Shown: in pieces, positions 53,083-63,072 of the stretch
How the letters are laid out: each line of letters starts with the position of its first letter
Position numbering within the stretch: the first letter of the stretch is position 1
Source: a bacterium
GTDB lineage: Bacteria; SM23-31
Length of the DNA: 64,000 bases
Direction: 5' to 3'
NCBI GenBank assembly: GCA_965249485.1
Contig: OZ252239.1
Location: forward strand, 512,001 to 576,000
Program-made: the position numbers and the translations under genes
Notes under the pieces: generated by a model
Told to the model about the DNA's origin: nothing
What the model saw: the letters and a program-made list of their open reading frames with translations, nothing else
Databases searched by the model: none

Positions 53083-53796
53083 ATGCAACCGATCACGACT
53101 ACAATAAGCGCTGTCTTATTCGATCTTGATAATACACTTTTTGATCATGACAAGGCTGAAGTTGAAGCGTTGAAAGAAGTCCATAGCCTTTATCATCAGA
53201 TTTTTAGCGGGGTGTCGTTTGAGACCTTTCACAGCAAATTCCGCGTCAATAATGATAAACTCTGGGAATTGCTTGTTGCGGGTGAAATAACCCGCTGGGA
53301 GAGCAGAGAAGAACGATTCTCCCGGACATTATCGGACTGCGGCCGTGACACTACTCTGGCCGGCGAGATGTTTTCAGCATATTTGAGTATCTATATCTAT
53401 TATCACTTTATGATTGATGGCACGGAAACACTTATACAAACGCTTCATAAAAACAACTACCGGCTCGGTATTATTACGAACGGTTTTACGACTGTGCAGG
53501 AAAACAAGATGGACCAGCTCGGTATCAGAGACTACTTTACGACAATTGTTATGTCGGAACATGTCGGTGTCATGAAGCCCAATCCGAAGATTTTCGACGT
53601 TGCATTACAATCGATAGGGTGTGAGGCTCATGAGTGTCTTTTCGTGGGAGACAGCTTCAGCAGTGATGTCAAGGGGGCAGTGAATGCCGGAATGCAGGCA
53701 GTATGGTTCAATCCAAGCGGGAAACCACCGTCAAATGGAAACGATATACACTATCATTCCATTACGCACCTCAAAGATATTTTGACGCTCCTGTAG
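53083..53796 (+). CDS. HAD hydrolase, YjjG/pyrimidine 5'-nucleotidase-like
   Basis: FDLDNTL.D, ITNGF, KPNPKIF, VGDS..SDV.GA..AG. Confidence 0.9.
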   Translation: MQPITTTISAVLFDLDNTLFDHDKAEVEALKEVHSLYHQIFSGVSFETFHSKFRVNNDKLWELLVAGEITRWESREERFSRTLSDCGRDTTLAGEMFSAYLSIYIYYHFMIDGTETLIQTLHKNNYRLGIITNGFTTVQENKMDQLGIRDYFTTIVMSEHVGVMKPNPKIFDVALQSIGCEAHECLFVGDSFSSDVKGAVNAGMQAVWFNPSGKPPSNGNDIHYHSITHLKDILTLL

Positions 53797-53826
53797 AGAA
53801 AAGAAACTATCCACTTGATCCTTATA

Positions 53827-53859
53827 TAAAAAGACTCCCCGGCTTTCACCAGGGAGTCT
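53827..53859 (-). terminator. Intrinsic terminator between convergent genes
   Basis: Minus strand AGACTCCCTGG-TGAAAG-CCGGGGAGTCT followed by TTTT; a G-U pair completes the stem only on the minus strand. Confidence 0.8.
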
Positions 53860-53936
53860 CTCCCATAATCGGGTAGTAGTTCGCCCTACTTTATCGCACC
53901 TACATTACGGGATATTTATATTGTGTCCATCCAACC

Positions 53937-54542
53937 TTATGCAAATTGTGACTGCATAAATTCCGAAATATCACCTCCACCGGCAAACATATCGAGAATT
54001 TCCATAACTTTCGCGCGTGTCTGCTGAACGATTTCCGGTAAATCACCAACCAACCCTTGTACATCTCCATAAGCCTGATTAATGATATCTTTCGCACGTG
54101 CTACAAATTCCTCTTTGTTCTGCCCCTCTTCAAACCGTGAAAAGTAGATATTCAGAATTCTGCGCGCTGTATTGTCAACATTGAAATACTCGGGTATTTC
54201 ACCTTTACTGATCTGCTCAACCGCCTCAGGATTCTTATCGAAAAAACTCGCAAGAAATTCCTTAACTTGTGCGAGAATTTCATTATGAATTTTTTCGCGG
54301 AGTTGAACGACGTTTACATTATCCGATGTTTCGACGGTTTTTGTCTCAGGCTGAGCAATTTCCTGAGTTGCGGACTTGCCGTTTTTATTATAAAAGGTAA
54401 AGTTCGTCTCAATTTCCGTGCGTTCAAATATGACGATTTCACTGCTGAAAGATGCCCTGCCACGCTCATTGTTTCCATGATTAAGGTGACGGTCTTTCCT
54501 TATATCAGATGCAACCTGATTTGGAACGGTTCCAACTTCCAT
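53937..54542 (-). CDS. DUF5610-like protein
   Basis: C-terminal YFNVDNTARRIL...I.QAYGDVQGLVG.LP..V..T...V...L..F pattern; strong AAGGAGG RBS before ATG 54542. Confidence 0.65.
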   Translation of the reverse strand: MEVGTVPNQVASDIRKDRHLNHGNNERGRASFSSEIVIFERTEIETNFTFYNKNGKSATQEIAQPETKTVETSDNVNVVQLREKIHNEILAQVKEFLASFFDKNPEAVEQISKGEIPEYFNVDNTARRILNIYFSRFEEGQNKEEFVARAKDIINQAYGDVQGLVGDLPEIVQQTRAKVMEILDMFAGGGDISEFMQSQFA

Positions 54543-54721
54543 GCTGTCCTCCTTCAATAATACTAATACAATCAATGCATAGAAAACATTGCAAAACAAA
54601 GAAAACGATTATTAAGAGCTACCTGGGAGGTTTGAGATTTTGAGAGTCAAAAGTCGCTTGTAGTTGCTGTGCCGGGCTTCCCGATCAATCCTTAATCAGA
54701 GTGAGCCTCCTTACAACGTTA

Positions 54722-54749
54722 CTATCGGCAGTTCTGAACTAAATATTTA
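54722..54749 (-). promoter_or_regulatory. Sigma28 (FliA/SigD)-like promoter
   Basis: Minus strand TAAA-N16-GCCGATAG, facing the DUF5610-like gene. Confidence 0.65.
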
Positions 54750-55130
54750 TTTTTTTGGAGATTTATTTTATTATCGCTCTGTATATACATCAGAAAAAGG
54801 CTGTTCGTGAACGATTGCACCGGCGGTTTTTTCACTGTACCCTGTGAGAATCACAGCTACGGTTGCATTGTAATTCGTGGTAATATAGTGGTGAACAAAT
54901 AGTTTTTGATTTGGTGTGGATTCTTTGGATGATATTGGCACTCTTACTTCCACATTTTGCTAATCAGACCAAATCATTAAACTGATGAAATATAAGTGTG
55001 ATAGTGGCAAATATGGATGAACAACCGCTACAAATTGTAGTAGTTTAATGATGATGCGTTTGGAGGATAATTTATTGGACAGCTTGTGGTTTTTGTTTGA
55101 TTGATATAAAAAAAGCTCATGATTAAATTA

Positions 55131-55316
55131 CTAATTTATCATTTTAACTCCAGCATAGTGCACATTATTTTTTGTATTTGGATGATTTCTTAACCAACGT
55201 TTCTTAAATTTATTCCACGCCCCAAATGCTGAACCTGCACAAATGGAAATTTTAAATATTTCAGGATTTTTATCAAGTGTATAGTAGATAATATATTCAT
55301 TGAGTGATTGACTCAT
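55131..55316 (-). CDS. Small hypothetical protein
   Basis: 61-aa ATG ORF just downstream of the DinB gene on the same strand; no recognisable motif. Confidence 0.35.
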   Translation of the reverse strand: MSQSLNEYIIYYTLDKNPEIFKISICAGSAFGAWNKFKKRWLRNHPNTKNNVHYAGVKMIN

Positions 55317-55367
55317 TATTTCTATAATATTAATTGAGTTAGTATCAATAACAAAATCTGATAATAA

Positions 55368-55865
55368 TTACCCCATTTTCCAATCAAGTCCTAAACTTTT
55401 TCTGTATAATGAAAGTTGTCCTATATGGTAGGATTCATGCATTTGCAAAAAACCGATCGCATTAGCAATAGTATTTTCCTTGTTTGGAAACCACATTGGA
55501 GCATCAGCAGTGAGGTCTTCATCTGTTAGTTTTGGAAGATGGTTCATCATTAACGTTGTTTGTTCATGCCATTTCCCTATTAAAACGCTTAATTTTAGAT
55601 ATGTTTTTTCCGGATTATAGGATTGATCTTTTCCACCACTGTATTCCGGATGTCCAAATTCTTCTTTAGCTCCTGCTAATGAAGCAATATAATTTCTTGA
55701 TCCAACAATATGTCCGACTATCCAATTGAATGCGTTAGTACAACCATCCAAAACTATTGCGGCTTGTTCATCTGTTATATCTTTAGTAACATTATTGAAC
55801 ATCATGTTGTTAAATTCTAAAGCTGATACTACAGGTTTTATCTTTTCGTTCATCAATTTATCCAT
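55368..55865 (-). CDS. DinB/YfiT family protein
   Basis: N...WIVGHI and HESYHIGQL..YRK.LG His motifs. Confidence 0.85.
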   Translation of the reverse strand: MDKLMNEKIKPVVSALEFNNMMFNNVTKDITDEQAAIVLDGCTNAFNWIVGHIVGSRNYIASLAGAKEEFGHPEYSGGKDQSYNPEKTYLKLSVLIGKWHEQTTLMMNHLPKLTDEDLTADAPMWFPNKENTIANAIGFLQMHESYHIGQLSLYRKSLGLDWKMG

Positions 55866-56282
55866 TTTAAAAATGAGACACTATGTATTTCGATATAAGA
55901 TCTATCAGTAAAAATATCTGTTATCTTTGCAAAGAAATTACTACCCCCCGGAATACTGTTGTATTTATAGCTACAATATAACCTTCTACCTCTCCCGATA
56001 CTAATATTTTTTTGTCTCTGATTTCTCTCGGCCGGTTGTAATGGCCACTTCTTTTAAAGAGTCAATATACCCAATTTTTTCTGAAGTGCTTCTAATCGTT
56101 ACTTTTACTCCGACCAATTTCTTTTGCTACTCCCATTACGGCATCTTCGTACTCCTGATTTATCATTCTGCAGTGAAATAATCCATCATCAATATAAATT
56201 CGCATTTATCGCCTGTATATTAAATTAAAATGAATATTTCAAGAATATCACACATTAAGCCAATGCAAACCGGGGCAAAACT

Positions 56283-56309
56283 TAAGCTTAAATTGTAATA
56301 TTCCGATTA
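56283..56309 (+). promoter_or_regulatory. Second sigma28-like promoter
   Basis: TAAG-N15-TCCGATTA. Confidence 0.45.
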
Positions 56310-56802
56310 TAATAGTGGAGACAGATGAGTCTGTTACCATGAACGTGTTGAGGATGAGGAATAAATGGTATCGTGCGGTTGTACATAATGCCGCAGATGC
56401 ATGTGTAATCCTACTAAGTTTGGGGGTGGTTCATGTGTATGGTGAGATCGGCAGTTTAAATGTCGTAACAGCAGTAGCATCAAATTTTCAGAATAAGAGG
56501 CATAATTGACAGAGTGCAAAAAAGAGAAGAAGAAATTCGCAGATATCCTCGAGGAAAAGGCAGACCAGGAGCAGCAGCCAAAAGACGAGCACGGACATAT
56601 TGACCTCAAATCTTAATCTCCGGTCACAAATTCACCGGCAGCCGTTTGAGAATCCACATATTTTTTCCTCTGAGCCGAGTGATCTTGAGTGTTCGACGAG
56701 GTCAGCTGTACGGTTCCGCGCTTTTTCAAATCTACCAGACTGTGCGGTATTGATTTAGAATAATGTAGATTGGCCGTACCAAACAGGTTTTTTCATTCTG
56801 TA

Positions 56803-57189
56803 CTATTTTTTTCTAAAGATGCCAATAATCAGCAGTGCTATTGACGCAATACCTGTCAATACTGTACCACCCGCAGCATATACTTTCCAGCCAACTATAC
56901 CTTCTTCAATGAGTCTTCCGGATATAAACGTATTAAACCAGTAGAGAAGAAAAGCGAATACAACAACTGCAGAAACAATTGAGTTGCGGCGTGCAGCATG
57001 AAATGATTCATCACTCAGGTTTCGTTTTCCGATGCGTACTTTAAAAAAGATGATTCCGGCTAGAAGTAAAACGATGACAAAACTTGAGACTAATGAGAAC
57101 ATGGCAGATGTCGACATACGATACGTTTCCTCGTAATGTGCTATCGTTGTGAGACGCGCTAAAGTAACAATTCCATTGACAAATGACAA
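56803..57189 (-). CDS. Hypothetical membrane protein with 3 TM helices
   Basis: Three hydrophobic segments and a basic C-terminus (FRKK); start uncertain (TTG 57189 or the internal ATG of MSTSAM). Confidence 0.55.
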   Translation of the reverse strand: MSFVNGIVTLARLTTIAHYEETYRMSTSAMFSLVSSFVIVLLLAGIIFFKVRIGKRNLSDESFHAARRNSIVSAVVVFAFLLYWFNTFISGRLIEEGIVGWKVYAAGGTVLTGIASIALLIIGIFRKK

Positions 57190-57357
57190 TTTATTTTCTA
57201 TTTTTTGTTTTTTCTTATCGGTGCACCTAAATTTAGTGCCTTGAAGTGCTGTGAAAATTCCAGCACTGTAGTATATTTATCCAGATTTGTTAGCATCGTC
57301 TCCCACCGGCATCTTTTCACGTATTACCGTTGATTCGTATTAATCATTAAGGATTAT

Positions 57358-58800
57358 ATGGATTTTTTCGACCAACTTATAGCATCCGCTGCAAGTAACT
57401 TCTGGAGTGTGTTCTGGTGGTTGGGTCCGATTCCTATTCCCGGACCGATTTTCATGCTTCTTGGGACCGGTCTTATTCTCACTTTTTCCACAACAGGAAT
57501 TCAATTTCGCAAACTTTTTACCGGATTCCGGCTTGTATCCGAAGGAGCACTGCGAAAAGACCATTCCGAGAGTGATGCCGGTGACATATCACCGTTTCAG
57601 GCATTGATGACATCGCTCGCTGCTACCGTCGGCAACGGAAATATTGCCGGTGTTGCTACGGCGATTGCATCCGGCGGGCCGGGAGCGCTGTTCTGGATGT
57701 GGATTACGGCACTGTTCGGGATGGCAACCAAATATTCAGAGGCAGTCCTTGCTATCCATTTTCGAACAACCGCCGAAGACGGTTCCATGTCGGGCGGCCC
57801 GATGCATTATATCCGGAAAGGGCTGTCATCAATTCCTTTTTTGAAGCATATTGCCGCTCCGTTAGCCGGGGCATTCGCACTGCTTGGCGCCTGGTCGGCA
57901 CTCGTCGGAACAGGCAATATGATGCAGTCGAACTCTATGGCACTTGCATTTAACAAGCAGATGGGTATCCCGTTCTGGCTGACCGGGATTGTTGTTACAG
58001 TTTTGACCACGCTTGTTATTATCGGAGGTATTAGGCGGATCGGAAAAACCGCTGAGTTTCTCGTACCGGCAATGGTTTTTCTCTATATTTTTAGTGCACT
58101 GTATATCATTATCATTCATTTTGAAGAAATTCCGGCAGCATTCGCTTTAATTATCGAGAGTGCGTTTTCACCTCAGGCAGCTATCGGCGGCTTTGCCGGT
58201 CATACCGTGCGGCAGGCATTACAATACGGTGTTAGGCGGGGGCTTTTGTCGAACGAATCGGGGCTTGGAAGTGCTCCGATTGCGCATGCAGCGTCGAAGG
58301 CTCGAAATCCGGTACGGCAAGGGATCATTGCAATGATGGGTACCTTTATCGATACCATTGTAGTTTGTACGATGACCGGGCTCATTATTATCATGACTGG
58401 CGCGTACCTGGTTCCTGATCTGTCTCTTCAAGGTGCGACACTGACGAGTACCGCACTGACGACGCACGCATTCAGTACCGATATTCCGGTTGTCGGGGGA
58501 ACAATCGTAGCATTTTCTTCCGCTTTATTCGGCTATTCGACACTTTTGGGGTGGTACTATTATGGTGAGCGGTGTTTTGAGTATTTATTCGGTTTAAAAA
58601 CAATACGCTATTACAAAACTATTTATGTTATTTTGACGTTTGTAGGAAGTATGCTTCAAGGTGAATATCTTCAGATTGTATGGAATATCGGGGATCTGGT
58701 AAACGGACTGATGGCCGTTCCGAATCTTTTGGGGCTGATTTGCTTAAGCGGTTTGGTTTATAAAATCACAACGGAATATATCAAAGAAAATAAAATATAA
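57358..58800 (+). CDS. Alanine/glycine:cation symporter (AGCS/AlsT family), copy 1
   Basis: SPFQAL, VGNGNIAGVATAI..GGPGALFWMW, GGPM.YI, GV.RGLLSNESGLGS, DTIVVCT, PNL. Confidence 0.95.
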   Translation: MDFFDQLIASAASNFWSVFWWLGPIPIPGPIFMLLGTGLILTFSTTGIQFRKLFTGFRLVSEGALRKDHSESDAGDISPFQALMTSLAATVGNGNIAGVATAIASGGPGALFWMWITALFGMATKYSEAVLAIHFRTTAEDGSMSGGPMHYIRKGLSSIPFLKHIAAPLAGAFALLGAWSALVGTGNMMQSNSMALAFNKQMGIPFWLTGIVVTVLTTLVIIGGIRRIGKTAEFLVPAMVFLYIFSALYIIIIHFEEIPAAFALIIESAFSPQAAIGGFAGHTVRQALQYGVRRGLLSNESGLGSAPIAHAASKARNPVRQGIIAMMGTFIDTIVVCTMTGLIIIMTGAYLVPDLSLQGATLTSTALTTHAFSTDIPVVGGTIVAFSSALFGYSTLLGWYYYGERCFEYLFGLKTIRYYKTIYVILTFVGSMLQGEYLQIVWNIGDLVNGLMAVPNLLGLICLSGLVYKITTEYIKENKI

Positions 58801-58939
58801 TATGGAAGTCTACGCATTAGGGACGAATATGCGAAGTACGTATATTAATGGTATGTTTATGATCAAAAATTGTGAGGTTCATACACGATGTGAATGGTCA
58901 GAAACTGCCGTGAACATAACAAGAAGGATTGGATAGCTT

Positions 58940-60352
58940 ATGGATGCCTTTACCAATTTTATTTCAGCTGCTGCAGCAAATTTCTGGAACACATATACCA
59001 TTGCCCTTCTTATCGGAACGGGTATTTTATTGACTTTTGCCACCCGATTCATACAGGTGAGAAAATTTTATCTTGGATTCCGGTTTACCATGCTCGGTGC
59101 GCTCCGTAAAGATGAATCGGCCAAAGATACGGGTGACATCACTCCGTTTCAGGCACTGATGACGTCGCTTTCTTCTACGGTGGGGAACGGCAATATTGCC
59201 GGTGTAGCGACAGCCATCGCTTCCGGCGGTCCTGGCGCTGTTTTCTGGATGTGGATTACCGCAGTTGTCGGTATGGCAACAAAATATTCCGAAGCTGTAT
59301 TGGCTGTTCACTACCGGAAAACTGCTGAAGATGGCTCCATGTCCGGCGGCCCGATGTATTACATACGAAAAGGTTTTCAGGACAGACCGATATTAAAACA
59401 TTTCGCCGCACCACTCGCAGGTCTCTTTGCGTTTTTCGGCGCATGGACTGCAATTTTCGGTACAGGTAACATGGTCCAAACGAATTCGATGGCACTCGCA
59501 TTCAATCAGCAGCTGGGTGTCGATTTTTGGATCACCGGTCTTGTTATAGCAATCCTTGTCGGAACGGTTATTATCGGCGGTATAAAACGCATCGGTAAAA
59601 CTGCAGAACTGCTGGTCCCGTCTATGATTCTGATCTATTTCTTGAGTGCATTGTACATCATCATAACTCATGCATCAGCAATTCCCGGTGCTCTGAAATG
59701 GATCGTTGTCAGTGCATTTACACCGCAGGCAGCTGTCGGCGGGTTTATCGGTCACTCTGTCCGGCAGGCACTCCAGTTCGGCGTTCGGCGCGGACTCCTT
59801 TCGAATGAATCGGGACTCGGTTCGTCTCCAATTGCGCATGCTGCGTCGAAGGCTCGAAATCCGGTGCGGCAAGGGATCATTGCAATGATGGGTACCTTTA
59901 CCGATACCATCGTTGTCTGTACATTGACCTCACTGGTTATTCTTCTTACCGGAGCCTATGTCACACCCGATCCCTCAGTTCCCGGCAATACGCTGACAAG
60001 TACGGCACTTACGGCACATGCCTTCAGTACATCGATACCATATTTCGGTGGTAAAATCGTTGCCTTCTCATCTGCTTTGTTCGGATTTTCAACACTGATC
60101 GGATGGTACTACTACGGCGAACGGTGCTTTGAATACCTGTTTGGCCTTAAGATGATAAATTTCTACAAAGCTGTCTTTGTTATCTTTGCATTTTTTGGGG
60201 CGATTCTTCAGGGTGAACAGCTACAGATTGTATGGAATGTCGGTGACCTTTCGAACGGTCTTATGGCGGCACCAAACCTGATCGGCTTGATCTTTCTGAG
60301 CGGTATGGTTTATAAAATTACCAATGAGTACATTAAAGGAGATAAAGTATAA
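58940..60352 (+). CDS. Alanine/glycine:cation symporter (AGCS/AlsT family), copy 2
   Basis: Same motifs; clear tandem paralog of the upstream gene. Confidence 0.95.
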   Translation: MDAFTNFISAAAANFWNTYTIALLIGTGILLTFATRFIQVRKFYLGFRFTMLGALRKDESAKDTGDITPFQALMTSLSSTVGNGNIAGVATAIASGGPGAVFWMWITAVVGMATKYSEAVLAVHYRKTAEDGSMSGGPMYYIRKGFQDRPILKHFAAPLAGLFAFFGAWTAIFGTGNMVQTNSMALAFNQQLGVDFWITGLVIAILVGTVIIGGIKRIGKTAELLVPSMILIYFLSALYIIITHASAIPGALKWIVVSAFTPQAAVGGFIGHSVRQALQFGVRRGLLSNESGLGSSPIAHAASKARNPVRQGIIAMMGTFTDTIVVCTLTSLVILLTGAYVTPDPSVPGNTLTSTALTAHAFSTSIPYFGGKIVAFSSALFGFSTLIGWYYYGERCFEYLFGLKMINFYKAVFVIFAFFGAILQGEQLQIVWNVGDLSNGLMAAPNLIGLIFLSGMVYKITNEYIKGDKV

Positions 60353-60584
60353 CCAAACAGTTGTTGAGGTCTATTCTGAAACTCCGATACCAACATGGTT
60401 TTCAGTGGGATAAATTGCTACTTATTGCTTGTATCTATAAGACGGCAGTCGTATATTGAGACTGATAGTCTTCTTAAAAACACATCGCAAAACGATATCC
60501 CAACCTTTCTCTCCATAAACGGTTTGAAAGCATGACACATTAAAGGTATTAAAAAATCCAATTTCTGTTATTACACATTTTTAG

Positions 60585-61517
<933 letters not shown>

Positions 61518-61610
61518 TAAAGTAAAACGACGACTAAAACGTTTCACATTCTGATTGCAGTAGGTTACGAAGCCTCATATTCTGTCGAACATTGATAACG
61601 ATGAAGATAT

Positions 61611-61649
61611 TAGCGGTCGGGGCAAACATGTCCCGCCGCTATTTTTTTT
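61611..61649 (+). terminator. Intrinsic terminator after mdh
   Basis: TAGCGG(T)CGGGGC-AAACAT-GTCCCG-CCGCTA followed by a T run. Confidence 0.8.
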
Positions 61650-61731
61650 ATTAACACGATTTATCGCACCAGTACCTCACTGTTATCACTATCAGTGAAA
61701 GGCTCAGTCCGTGTATGCGGATTGTTTCAAT

Positions 61732-63072
61732 TTGAACGAATCCCCTACATTACTGCGTAAAATCAAGCTTCCACATGCTACCGCTATGGTTGCAGGTACC
61801 ATTATCGGTGCATCGATTTTTGTCCAGCCGTCGGAAATAACCGGATAGGTCCCATCAATAACAATGGTATTTGTTGTATGGGCAGCAGCAGGTCTGCTTA
61901 CGCTCTTTGGAGCACTTGTCAGTGCAGAATTGTCCTCTATTTTCACCCAGTCCGGCGGTGTCTATGTCTACCTGAAAGAAGCATTTTCGCCATCAATTGG
62001 ATTTCTATGGGGATGGGCGATGTTTTGGAGCATGCATTCCGGGATTATCGCCGCATTGGCAGTTATTCTCGCACGATATGTGGGTTATTTTATTCCGCTT
62101 GGTGACATAGGTATCAAAGGTACTGCTATAAGTGTTATCATTCTTCTCTCTGTAATTAATTATATCGGCGTTAAACAGGGAAGTACGCTTCAGACACTTT
62201 TCACCTTTGGGAAGATTTTCGTTATTGCCGTGCTCATCATTGTCGGTTTTATACTGGGTGGAAAACTGGAAGACCATTTTTCTACCGGAACACTGGAGAA
62301 CACGTCGATAACGGTGGAGAATTTCATTCTTGCACTTATAGCCGGTCTTTTTGCATTCGGCGGTTGGCATATGGTAGCATACAACTCCGAAGAGACTGTT
62401 AATCCCCGTAGAACGATTCCCAGGGCGCTGATTTTCGGAACATTGATTGTTACAGTGTGCTACATCGCTCTCAATGCAGTTTATCTGTACATTCTGCCTC
62501 TCGATGTTGTTGCATCATCCACCAGGATTGCCGCGGATGTTGCTGAAAAATTGACCGGATTCGGAGGTGGCGGCATGCTCTCTTCCATCGTAATATTTTC
62601 GATATTTGGTTCATTAAGCGGCATAATTTTGGCAGGTCCAAGAGTCTATTATGCCATGTCGCAAGACGGTCTGTTGTTCAAATGGATCGGCTCAATTCAC
62701 CCAGTCTACCGCACTCCGTCGCGGGCAATCGTACTGCAAGCGGTGTGGTCTTCATTTCTTGTGGCAACGGGGACTTTCCGAGGGCTATTCACACGGGTCA
62801 TTTATACTGAATGGCTATTTTTCGGACTTATGGCTATCACTCTGTTTATATTCCGTCGGAGAGTTGACTTAAAGCGTGACTATCATGTATGGGGATATCC
62901 CGTCGTGCCGGCCCTTTTTAGTTTTTCATGTTTTGCAATTGTCATCAGCCTGATATTTTCCGATCCTGTCAACAGTTTAATTGGACTGTCGTTCGTTGCT
63001 GCGGGATTACCGATATATTACATTTGGGTTAAAAGCACATCAGAAGGGAACAAGAGACATGCAGATCATTGA
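61732..63072 (+). pseudogene. APC family amino acid permease with an in-frame amber stop near the N-terminus
   Basis: TTG 61732 gives LLRKIKLPHATAMVAGTIIGASIFVQPSEITG*VPS with TAG at 61846-48, in frame with ORF 61864-63072 (GGVYVYL, FAFGGW, PRVYYAMS.DG). Confidence 0.8.

Noticed and set aside
57190..57357. Glycine riboswitch expected upstream of AGCS genes
   Set aside because: No GGAGA...CCGAAG...CUCUCAGG pattern here or between the two copies.
61846..61848. Pyrrolysine or genome-wide stop-codon recoding
   Set aside because: TAG and TGA end normal genes here (panC, mltG and nadC use TAG), the other internal stop is TAA, and no pyl genes are in the window.
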